DNA of 61,260 bases. Source: Bacillota bacterium (GTDB lineage Bacteria > Bacillota_I > Bacilli_A > ML615J-28 > CAG-313). Position 1 is the stretch's first letter. Each line of letters opens with the position of its first letter. A model generated the notes under the pieces. That model saw only the letters and a list, made by a program, of their open reading frames with translations. It ran no database searches and was not told where the DNA came from. This document shows, piece after piece, positions 1-7,807 of the stretch. A program made the position numbers and the translations under genes. The stretch covers positions 1 to 61,260 of the forward strand of contig CAVJDT010000004.1 of assembly GCA_963648435.1 (NCBI GenBank). The letters run 5' to 3'.

Positions 1-1
1 A

Positions 2-949
2 ACAATTCTATTAATTAAAGGACCAAGCAATAATGAAAGTTCAAGTAATAATAAATATGGTGAGGAGCATAAAAAATATGCTAATACTTTTGATTTAGAA
101 CTAGTATCTGAAAATAATGATCAATATTATGTGATTAAAGGCCTTACAACCTTAGGCTCAAATGAAAAAACCTTAATAGTCCCTGATACAATTGATGGAA
201 TTATGGTTAAAAAATTATTAAGTAATAAAGATTTCAGTGATTATCGTTTGACTGAGTATGTTGTAATTGGCAAAAACTTAGAGTATATTGGAATAGATAA
301 TGATAACTCTTTAGGGTCTAATATTTTTATTAATGCCCTTAATTTAAAAGGAATTAATGTTGATAAAAATAACAGTGTTTATGCAAGTATTGATGGTGTA
401 TTATATAATAAGGATAAAACTATTTTATATAAGTATCCAAGTAATATAAATTTAGATGAGGATTTCACAGTAACCATAAGAAGTGGGGTTGAAATTATTT
501 ATGCTAATGCCTTTGTGAACAATCAAAAAATAAAAAGAGTCATCTTTAATGATTCAGTTGTTCTAATCCAGGAAAATGCCTTTAAAAACTGTCAACAATT
601 AAAACAACTTGATTTTACTAATTGCCCTAATTTAAAAGAAATTGAAGCTTTTGCTTTTTATAAGTGTTCATCATTAACCAAAGTTGTGCTTCCAGAAGGC
701 TTAGAAAAAATAGGTAATAATGCTTTCGCAAATTGTAATAATACACAAACGCAAAATTTCGTTGAACTTTATGTTCCAAGTTCATTAGATTATGCAAGTT
801 GTGGTTTAAATCTTTGTTACAATACTTCAAACATTGATTCTTTTGTTCTTACAACTACATCAAGTAATCTTGAAAATCTTAAAAATAATTGTGAAAAATT
901 TAATATTAGTAGTGATGAAATAACTAAAAAAATTAAAATATATAAGTAA
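2..949 (+). CDS. BspA-type leucine-rich-repeat surface protein, C-terminal part (5' end outside window)
   Basis: Frame is open from nt 2, so the GTG at 131 used in the ORF track is not a demonstrated start. LRR units such as IEAFAFYKCSSLTKVVLPEGLEKIGNNAFANC. TAA 947-949 followed by a hairpin terminator. Confidence 0.7.
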   Translation, partial: TILLIKGPSNNESSSNNKYGEEHKKYANTFDLELVSENNDQYYVIKGLTTLGSNEKTLIVPDTIDGIMVKKLLSNKDFSDYRLTEYVVIGKNLEYIGIDNDNSLGSNIFINALNLKGINVDKNNSVYASIDGVLYNKDKTILYKYPSNINLDEDFTVTIRSGVEIIYANAFVNNQKIKRVIFNDSVVLIQENAFKNCQQLKQLDFTNCPNLKEIEAFAFYKCSSLTKVVLPEGLEKIGNNAFANCNNTQTQNFVELYVPSSLDYASCGLNLCYNTSNIDSFVLTTTSSNLENLKNNCEKFNISSDEITKKIKIYK

Positions 950-977
950 AAAGGCTCTTTTCGCCTTTTTATTTTTT
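948..977 (+). terminator. Rho-independent terminator after LRR gene
   Basis: AAAAGGC-tcttttc-GCCTTTTT followed by a T-run. Confidence 0.7.
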
Positions 978-1006
978 GAAAGTTTTAAAAAAATGTTATT
1001 ATTTCG

Positions 1007-1035
1007 TTGCTTTTTAAGCGTCATTGTGGTATAAT
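1007..1035 (+). promoter_or_regulatory. Sigma-A promoter of ppdK
   Basis: TTGCTT - 17 nt - TGgTATAAT, 43 nt upstream of the ATG. Confidence 0.7.
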
Positions 1036-1078
1036 CAAAAATTGTGAAATATTTAAAAAGAGAAAAGGAGACTATTAA

Positions 1079-3703
1079 ATGAGTAAATTTGTTTATTTAT
1101 TCAGTGAAGGCAACAAGTCAATGCGTAATCTTCTAGGTGGTAAAGGTGCTAACTTAGCTGAAATGACTAACATTGGTTTACCAGTACCTCAAGGCTTCAC
1201 CATCACAACTGAAGCTTGTACAAAGTATTATGATGATGGCAAAGTGCTTTCTGATGAAGTTGTTGATCAAATTTATGCAGCCCTTGCAAAAATTGAAGCA
1301 ATCAATAACAAAAAATTTGGTGATAATAATAATCCATTATTAGTATCAGTTCGTAGTGGTGCTCGTGCCTCAATGCCTGGGATGATGGATACAATCTTAA
1401 ACTTAGGTTTAAACGATGTCGCAGTTGAAGGCTTAGCAAAATTAACAGGAAATCCTCGTTTTGCGTATGACTCTTATCGTCGTTTCATTCAAATGTTCGC
1501 AGATGTTGTTATGGAAATTGACAAGTCTAATTTTGAAACATTAATGGATGCCATGAAAGAAGCTAAAGGAGTTAAACAAGATACTGAACTTGACGCTGAT
1601 GACTTAAAGAAATTAGTTAAAGAATTTAAAGCTAAATATGAAGAACTTAAGGGTGAACCATTCCCTCAAGATCCAAAAGTACAATTATTAGAAGCTGTAA
1701 AAGCTGTATTCCGTTCATGGGATAATCCTCGTGCTAATGTTTATCGTCGTTTAAATGGTATTCCTTATTCTTGGGGAACTGCTGTTAATGTTCAAACAAT
1801 GGTATTTGGTAACATGGGTGATGACTCCGGTACTGGGGTTGCCTTCTCACGTAACCCTGCAACTGGTGAAAATGTTTTATATGGTGAATATTTATTTAAT
1901 GCTCAAGGTGAAGACGTTGTTGCGGGGATCCGTACACCTCAGCCAATCGCGCATTTACAACAAGATAATCCTGCCTTATATGAAGAATTTAAGAAGGTTA
2001 CTAAGATTCTTGAAACTCATTATCGTGATATGCAAGACATGGAATTTACAATTGAAAAAGGTAAATTATACATGTTACAAACTCGTAATGGTAAACGTAC
2101 TGCTCAAGCAGCTTTAAAGATTGCGATTGATTTAGTTAAAGAAGGTTTAATTAATGAACAAGAAGCCGTACTTATGGTAGAACCTAAATCACTTGATGCC
2201 CTTCTTCATAAAGGTTTCGACCAAAAAGCCCTAAAAGCTGCTCATCCTATTACTAAAGGCTTAAACGCATCTCCTGGTGCTGCTTGTGGTCAAGTAGTAT
2301 TTAGTGCTGAACGTGCAAAAGAATGTAAAGCAAATGGTATGAAAGTAGTTCTTGTTAGACTTGAAACATCTCCAGAAGATATCGAAGGTATGATTGCATC
2401 TCAAGGTATTTTAACTGGTCGTGGTGGTATGACAAGCCATGCAGCCGTTGTTGCACGTGGTATGGGTACTTGTTGTGTAGCTGGTGCTGGTGAAATTAGA
2501 GTTAATGAAGAAGAAAAATGGTTTGAAGTTGGTGGAAAACGTTACAATGAACTTGATTGGATTTCTATTGATGGTAATACTGGTTATGTTTATGGTGAAG
2601 CTATTCCTACAGTTGATGCTACAGTTTCTGGTGATTTTGCAACATTAATGGAATGGGCTGATAAATATCGTGCTTTAAAAGTTAGAACAAACGCTGATAA
2701 CCCACGTGATGCTAAAGTTGCTAATAGCTTTGGAGCTGAAGGCGTTGGTCTATGCCGGACTGAACATATGTTCTTTGAAGCAGATAGAATTCCTGCCGTT
2801 CGTGAAATGATTGTATCAGATACAGAAGAGGGTCGTCGTAAAGCATTAGCTAAATTATTACCAATGCAACGTAATGACTTTATTGGTATTTATAAAGCTA
2901 TGGAAGGAAAGAGTGTTACAATTCGTTATCTAGACCCTCCACTACATGAATTCTTACCTCATACTGATGAAGAAATCGCTGAACTTGCAAAAGAAATGGG
3001 CTTAACTTTTGAAAAATTAAAAGCAACAGTTGAAAGCTTACATGAATTTAACCCAATGCTTGGTCACAGAGGATGTCGTTTATCAATTACATATCCTGAA
3101 ATTGCGAAAATGCAAACAAGAGCAGTAATTGAAGCCGCAATCGCGGTTAATAAAGAAGGATATAACATTATTCCTGAAATTATGATACCACTTGTTGGTG
3201 ATGTTAAAGAATTAAAATATGTTCGTGACATCGTAGTAAGAACTGCTGATGAAATATTAAAAGAAAATAATATTAAACTTGCATATAAGATTGGTACAAT
3301 GATTGAAGTTCCACGTGCTGCTTTAACTGCTGATGAAATTGCTGAATATGCAGAATTCTTCAGCTTTGGTACTAACGACTTAACGCAAATGACATTTGGT
3401 TTTAGCCGTGATGATGCAGGCAAATTCTTAGAAGAATACTATGCTCGTAAGATTTTTGAAAGTGATCCATTTGCTCACATTGACCAAAAAGGTGTTGGTA
3501 AGCTAATGAAGATGGCCGTTGAACTTGGTCGTTCAGTTCGTCCTGATCTTCACTTAGGTATTTGTGGTGAACATGGTGGTGACCCTGAAACGATCGAATT
3601 CTGTCATAATATTGGCTTAGATTATGTTTCTTGTTCTCCATTCCGCGTTCCAATTGCTAGACTTGCGGCTGCACAAGCAAATATTAAAAACCCTAGAAAA
3701 TAA
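1079..3703 (+). CDS. ppdK: Pyruvate, phosphate dikinase
   Basis: 874 aa. N-terminal LLGGKGANLAEM, phospho-His motif GGMTSHAAVVARG, C-terminal PEP-utilizer barrel. GGAG RBS upstream. Confidence 0.95.
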   Translation: MSKFVYLFSEGNKSMRNLLGGKGANLAEMTNIGLPVPQGFTITTEACTKYYDDGKVLSDEVVDQIYAALAKIEAINNKKFGDNNNPLLVSVRSGARASMPGMMDTILNLGLNDVAVEGLAKLTGNPRFAYDSYRRFIQMFADVVMEIDKSNFETLMDAMKEAKGVKQDTELDADDLKKLVKEFKAKYEELKGEPFPQDPKVQLLEAVKAVFRSWDNPRANVYRRLNGIPYSWGTAVNVQTMVFGNMGDDSGTGVAFSRNPATGENVLYGEYLFNAQGEDVVAGIRTPQPIAHLQQDNPALYEEFKKVTKILETHYRDMQDMEFTIEKGKLYMLQTRNGKRTAQAALKIAIDLVKEGLINEQEAVLMVEPKSLDALLHKGFDQKALKAAHPITKGLNASPGAACGQVVFSAERAKECKANGMKVVLVRLETSPEDIEGMIASQGILTGRGGMTSHAAVVARGMGTCCVAGAGEIRVNEEEKWFEVGGKRYNELDWISIDGNTGYVYGEAIPTVDATVSGDFATLMEWADKYRALKVRTNADNPRDAKVANSFGAEGVGLCRTEHMFFEADRIPAVREMIVSDTEEGRRKALAKLLPMQRNDFIGIYKAMEGKSVTIRYLDPPLHEFLPHTDEEIAELAKEMGLTFEKLKATVESLHEFNPMLGHRGCRLSITYPEIAKMQTRAVIEAAIAVNKEGYNIIPEIMIPLVGDVKELKYVRDIVVRTADEILKENNIKLAYKIGTMIEVPRAALTADEIAEYAEFFSFGTNDLTQMTFGFSRDDAGKFLEEYYARKIFESDPFAHIDQKGVGKLMKMAVELGRSVRPDLHLGICGEHGGDPETIEFCHNIGLDYVSCSPFRVPIARLAAAQANIKNPRK

Positions 3704-3721
3704 ATAAAATTTAGCTTTTTA
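3704..3721 (+). repeat. 18-nt direct repeat flanking copy 1 (left)
   Basis: ATAAAATTTAGCTTTTTA versus ATAAATTTTAGCTTTTTA at 3844-3861 (17/18). Confidence 0.8.
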
Positions 3722-3729
3722 GTGAAGTG

Positions 3730-3804
3730 ACCCTTCCTAAGAAGCTTTTTTGATATTTTAGCGTTTGAGATTAATAATTACCTTAATAAATAATTTCAAA
3801 CGCT
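3730..3804 (+). repeat. GAGCGTTTGA-family hairpin repeat, copy 1
   Basis: ACCCTTCCTA head (3730-3739), 14-bp hairpin AGCGTTTGAGATTA...TAATTTCAAACGCT (3760-3804). Confidence 0.7.
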
Positions 3805-3843
3805 TCAATAAAGGTTGTAATTTTAGAAGTATAAAAGGATTTG

Positions 3844-3861
3844 ATAAATTTTAGCTTTTTA
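3844..3861 (+). repeat. 18-nt direct repeat flanking copy 1 (right)
   Basis: Partner of 3704-3721, 140 bp apart. Abuts the rplU -35 element. Confidence 0.8.
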
Positions 3862-3862
3862 C

Positions 3863-3891
3863 TTGCATAATTTAGCAAAATAAAGTATAAT
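3863..3891 (+). promoter_or_regulatory. Sigma-A promoter of rplU-prp-rpmA
   Basis: TTGCAT - 17 nt - TATAAT. Confidence 0.7.
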
Positions 3892-3897
3892 ATATGC

Positions 3898-3975
3898 GTT
3901 GCGAGTCTGCAACCGCACAAAAATGGTTTAAGTACATTAATAGTCACCATAATGGCGTGTCTTAAATTTTTTAAA
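3898..3975 (+). promoter_or_regulatory. Candidate ribosomal-protein L21 leader (5' UTR of rplU-prp-rpmA)
   Basis: About 90-nt UTR between the consensus promoter and the rplU RBS, with stem GCGTTGC-GAGTCT-GCAACCGC. Firmicutes have a known L21 leader at this position. Structure not verified. Confidence 0.3.
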
Positions 3976-3988
3976 GGAGGTAATAAAG

Positions 3989-4288
3989 ATGTACGCAATT
4001 TTTATCACTGGCGGTAAACAATATCGTGCTGCTGAAGGTGAAACTATCTTTGTTGAAAAACTAGAAGGTGAAGCTGGACAAGAAGTTGTTTTTGATCAAG
4101 TTCTTTTAGTAGGTGACAAAGTAGGAACTCCTCTTGTTGAAGGTGCAAAAGTTACTGGCACTATTGAAAAACAAGGTAAAGGCAAAAAAATTATTGTTTT
4201 CAAAATGAAAGCTAAGAAAAATTATCGTAAAAAACAAGGTCATCGTCAAGCTTATACAAAAGTTTTAATCAACTCAATTGTTGCATAA
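3989..4288 (+). CDS. rplU: 50S ribosomal protein L21
   Basis: [14 protein letters not shown]... typical bL21. AGGAGG RBS at 3975-3980. Confidence 0.95.
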   Translation: MYAIFITGGKQYRAAEGETIFVEKLEGEAGQEVVFDQVLLVGDKVGTPLVEGAKVTGTIEKQGKGKKIIVFKMKAKKNYRKKQGHRQAYTKVLINSIVA

Positions 4289-4289
4289 T

Positions 4290-4625
4290 ATGACAAAAGC
4301 TAAGTTTATTTATGACAAAAGTATGTTTAAGACATTCACAATATCAGGTCATGCTGATTATGCGGATGAAGGTTTAGACATTGTTTGTGCTGGAATTTCA
4401 GCAACGGTAATTACTTCTTTAAATTTGTTAATGAAACTTCTTAAAGGTAAGTTTTCATTTACAGAAAATCAAGAAGAAGGGTTTATGGATTTTGAAATTA
4501 TAAATTATGATATTGATTCTAAGACAAAATCATTTATTGATTTAGTGGTTAATAATCTATATGAATCACTAAATGAGATTTCAGAAACATACCCAAATCA
4601 TTTAAAAGTTAAAATAGAAAAATAG
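4290..4625 (+). CDS. prp: Ribosomal-processing cysteine protease Prp
   Basis: ATG at 4290, one nt after the rplU stop (the ORF-track TTG at 4278 overlaps rplU). GHADYA...DIVCAGISA His/Cys signature. Lies between rplU and rpmA. Confidence 0.85.
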   Translation: MTKAKFIYDKSMFKTFTISGHADYADEGLDIVCAGISATVITSLNLLMKLLKGKFSFTENQEEGFMDFEIINYDIDSKTKSFIDLVVNNLYESLNEISETYPNHLKVKIEK

Positions 4626-4636
4626 GAGGTAGCATC

Positions 4637-4918
4637 ATGATAAGATTTAATTTGCAATATTTCGCATCTAAAAAAGGTGTTAGTTCAACTAAGAATGGTC
4701 GTGACTCTCATGCAAAACGTTTAGGTGCAAAGTTATCTGATGGTCAATTCGCTACTGCCGGTTCGATTATTTATCGTCAAAGAGGAACTAAAGTTCATCC
4801 TGGAAATAACGTTGGAATTGGTAAGGATGATACATTATTCTGTATGATTGATGGTATTGTAAAATACGAACATAAAGGTATGACTAAGAAGCAAGTTTCT
4901 GTATACCCAGTAGAATAA
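4637..4918 (+). CDS. rpmA: 50S ribosomal protein L27 with N-terminal propeptide
   Basis: [24 protein letters not shown]: Firmicute-type bL27 with a cleavable extension. AGGAGG RBS. Confidence 0.95.
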   Translation: MIRFNLQYFASKKGVSSTKNGRDSHAKRLGAKLSDGQFATAGSIIYRQRGTKVHPGNNVGIGKDDTLFCMIDGIVKYEHKGMTKKQVSVYPVE

Positions 4919-4930
4919 TTGCCAATTAAA

Positions 4931-4960
4931 GCACTTGCCGATGCAAGTGCATATTTTTTT
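4931..4960 (+). terminator. Rho-independent terminator of rplU-prp-rpmA
   Basis: GCACTTGC-cgat-GCAAGTGC then ATATTTTTTT. Confidence 0.8.
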
Positions 4961-4986
4961 ATGTAATATATGAAAGGAGGCTTACT

Positions 4987-6261
4987 ATGTTTGTTGATAG
5001 TGTAAAAGTTTTAGTTAAAGCTGGAAATGGTGGCGATGGAGTCGTAGCATTTCGCCATGAAAAATATGCAAATATGGGTGGACCATCTGGTGGTAAAGGT
5101 GGTAGAGGAGGAGATGTCATCTTTGTAGGTGAAGAAGGACTAACAACCCTTTTAGATTTTCGCTTTACCAAAAAAATAAAAGCTACAAGTGGCGAAAAAG
5201 GAATGAAAAAAGATATGTTTGGCCATGATGGTGAAAATGCTTATGCTAAAGTTCCAATTGGCACAACGATTATTAATGCGGAAAATGGCACTATTATCGG
5301 TGATATTACCAAACATGGACAAGAAGTCATCGTTGCACATGGTGGTAGAGGTGGTAAAGGAAATGCGGCATTTGCTAATTCTAGGAATACTGCTCCAACC
5401 ATTTGTGAAAAAGGTGAACCAGGGGAAGAATTAACCCTTCAACTAGACTTAAAAGTATTAGCGGATGTTGGTTTAGTTGGCTTTCCTAGTGTTGGTAAAA
5501 GTACATTAATAACAATGGTGTCCAAAGCAACCCCTAAAATTGCGGATTATCATTTTACGACTTTAAATCCTCATCTTGGTGTTGTAGGAGTTAAAGATGG
5601 TAGAAGTTTTATAATGGCAGATTTACCAGGGCTTATTGAAGGAGCTCACTTAGGAGCAGGTCTAGGCATTCAGTTCTTAAAGCATATTGAAAGAACAAGA
5701 GTAATTGTCCATATTGTTGATATGAGTGGAATCGAAGGACGTGATCCTGTTGAAGATTATTTAGCAATTCGTAATGAACTTGGTTCATATGATCCAAAGT
5801 TATTAAAACGTCCAGAAATTGTAGTTGCAAATAAGATGGATTTAACGGGTAGTGAGTCAAATCTTAAAAAATTTGAAGAAAAGCTTCACATCGATGTTAT
5901 TCCTATTTCCGCAATAACTAAACAAAATCTAGATGAATTATTATATAAAATTGCCGATGTGTTAGATGAAGTAAAGAAGAATGAAAAAATGGAAGAAATT
6001 TCAGAAGGAGTTGTTGAATATAAGTTTACCCCACCAGCTGAGGACTTCACAATCATTAAAGATGATTCAGGACTTTATCATGTTGATGGTCCTGCCATCA
6101 AGAAATTATTTGACCGTACGGATTTTAACAATGAAAGCAATGTTCGAATTTTTGCTCAAAAACTAAGAAAAATGGGAGTCGATGAAAAACTTAGAAAACT
6201 AGGGGTAAAGCACGGCGATACGGTTGTAATTCTTGGTTATGAGTTTGAAATGTTTGAATAA
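4987..6261 (+). CDS. obg: GTPase Obg
   Basis: Glycine-rich Obg fold, G1 GFPSVGKST, DLPG, NKMD, C-terminal OCT domain. AAAGGAGG RBS. Confidence 0.95.
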   Translation: MFVDSVKVLVKAGNGGDGVVAFRHEKYANMGGPSGGKGGRGGDVIFVGEEGLTTLLDFRFTKKIKATSGEKGMKKDMFGHDGENAYAKVPIGTTIINAENGTIIGDITKHGQEVIVAHGGRGGKGNAAFANSRNTAPTICEKGEPGEELTLQLDLKVLADVGLVGFPSVGKSTLITMVSKATPKIADYHFTTLNPHLGVVGVKDGRSFIMADLPGLIEGAHLGAGLGIQFLKHIERTRVIVHIVDMSGIEGRDPVEDYLAIRNELGSYDPKLLKRPEIVVANKMDLTGSESNLKKFEEKLHIDVIPISAITKQNLDELLYKIADVLDEVKKNEKMEEISEGVVEYKFTPPAEDFTIIKDDSGLYHVDGPAIKKLFDRTDFNNESNVRIFAQKLRKMGVDEKLRKLGVKHGDTVVILGYEFEMFE

Positions 6262-6339
6262 AAAAATCATATTTCAAATGTTTTTATAAGTAAAATCTAA
6301 TGGGACCATCTTTTATGGCCTAAATAGAAAGGAAAATTT

Positions 6340-6924
6340 ATGAGAAAAGTAATCATTAAGCAAATGGTCACCTTGAGTATTTTAGGAGGTCTTGTGGCCA
6401 TATTATCCTTAATTAAAATCCCCCTTGGACAGTTTAGCATTACCTTTGCTTTAATCCCTTTAGTAGTCGGTGCTATTCTTTTTGGTCCAAAAGGTGGAGC
6501 CTTCCTTGGCTTAATTATGGGAATTGTTATTTTATTTGTTGATGCCGCATACTTTTTTGCCTTCAATCCTTTTGGGACAATTGTAACGGTATTATTAAAA
6601 TCAACTTGTGCGGGGTTTGTTTCAGGTCTTGTTTATAATTTATTTAAGAAGAAACAATTTTTAGGCATTATTCTATCCTCGATTAGTGCACCCATTGTAA
6701 ATACTTTGGTTTTCTTTTTAGGATGTTTAATCTTCTTTTATCCATTAGTTCAACAAGATGCAAGCCAAGTTGGAAAAGATGTTTTAGTTTATATTCTTAC
6801 ATTTTATATTGGTTTAAACTTTGTGGTTGAATTTACGATTAATTGTGTTTTAGCGCCATCAGTTGTTTATATAATTAATGTAATTTCAAATAATTATGAT
6901 TTAGGACAAAAGAAGAAAAGGTGA
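6340..6924 (+). CDS. ECF-transporter S (substrate-capture) component, possibly for pantothenate
   Basis: 194-aa polytopic membrane protein with an ECF S-component-like N-terminus. Substrate guess rests only on adjacency to coaX. Confidence 0.55.
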   Translation: MRKVIIKQMVTLSILGGLVAILSLIKIPLGQFSITFALIPLVVGAILFGPKGGAFLGLIMGIVILFVDAAYFFAFNPFGTIVTVLLKSTCAGFVSGLVYNLFKKKQFLGIILSSISAPIVNTLVFFLGCLIFFYPLVQQDASQVGKDVLVYILTFYIGLNFVVEFTINCVLAPSVVYIINVISNNYDLGQKKKR

Positions 6925-6928
6925 TATT

Positions 6929-7678
6929 ATGATAATGTTATTTGATATTGGAAATTCAAATATTAAAATAGGACTTTCAAATGGTAAAAATATAGACCAA
7001 ATTGTTCGTTTAAAATCAGAAGTTAATAAGACCGCTGATGAATATTATTTATTAATCAATAATTTTCTTAAAGAAAAAAAGATTGAAGGTGCTATCATCT
7101 CTAGTGTAGTACCAGAACTTACAACCATTTTATCATTTATGTGTAAAAAGTTTTTTGGAATAGTCCCTTTAGTATTTGGTCAAAAATTAAAAACTGGTTT
7201 AATGATTGTTGCGGACAACCCCATGGAAGTTGGAGCTGACTTAATTGCTGATGGCGTTGGTTCGATGGCCTATGGTAATAATGTTTTAGTCATTGACCTT
7301 GGTACCGCAACCAAGTTTATTTATGTCCAAAATAAAGCTTTTAAAGGTTGTACGATTGCTCCAGGAGTTCAAAGTTCTCTAAATTCATTAGTATCATCTA
7401 CAGCTTTACTGCCTAATATTGAAATTAAAGCTCCTAAGAAAGTTTTAGGAAATAATACAATTACTTGTATGCAATCAGGAGTTACATTCACTTTTGCGGC
7501 GATGATTGATGGAATGATTGAAAGAATTAAGAAAGAAGAAAACCTTAATGATCTTACAATAGTTGCAACGGGAGGTCTATCTAAAGCGATAATTCCCCTT
7601 TGTTTTAATGAAATTAAAATTGATGAATTTCTTACTTTAAAAGGAATTTTACAAGTCTATTTAAAAAATAGTAATTAA
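6929..7678 (+). CDS. coaX: Type III pantothenate kinase
   Basis: MLFDIGNSNIKIG and ATGGLS ASKHA-fold phosphate motifs. About 250 aa. Confidence 0.85.
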   Translation: MIMLFDIGNSNIKIGLSNGKNIDQIVRLKSEVNKTADEYYLLINNFLKEKKIEGAIISSVVPELTTILSFMCKKFFGIVPLVFGQKLKTGLMIVADNPMEVGADLIADGVGSMAYGNNVLVIDLGTATKFIYVQNKAFKGCTIAPGVQSSLNSLVSSTALLPNIEIKAPKKVLGNNTITCMQSGVTFTFAAMIDGMIERIKKEENLNDLTIVATGGLSKAIIPLCFNEIKIDEFLTLKGILQVYLKNSN

Positions 7679-7682
7679 AATT

Positions 7683-7747
7683 AAACCCTTCCTAGAGCGT
7701 TTGAAATTGAAATAATGCTTAATTATTCATCTCAAACGCTTTTTTTT
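7683..7747 (+). repeat. GAGCGTTTGA-family hairpin repeat, copy 2
   Basis: AAACCCTTCCTAGAGCGTTTGA (identical 22-mer at 14120-14141), then a hairpin closed by TCAAACGCT and T7. Confidence 0.8.
7696..7747 (+). terminator. Terminator after coaX, formed by a repeat-family hairpin
   Basis: AGCGTTTGA...TCAAACGCT outer stem with an extended imperfect inner stem, then T7. Confidence 0.65.
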
Positions 7748-7807
7748 ATCTTTTTTTGTCAAAATATGCTAAAATGAATGAGAACAATTTTTAAGGAAGT
7801 GATTCAT

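Noticed and set aside
4959-5171. Antisense or overlapping ORFs in the six-frame track. Examples: 627-830, 1755-2117, 3064-3423, 3402-3653, 3783-3998, 4959-5171, 5152-5340, 8857-9105, 33687-33977, 57607-57846.
   Set aside because: They lie entirely within, or opposite, strongly supported conserved genes and lack an RBS or promoter. They have low-complexity or shadow-frame composition; for example, the PPLPPLPP peptide is the reverse frame of the Obg glycine-rich domain.
7756-7775. TTGTCA and TAAAAT upstream of mutS considered as a promoter.
   Set aside because: The spacer is only 8 nt. TGcTAAAAT may act as an extended -10 on its own, but the support is too weak to list as a feature.
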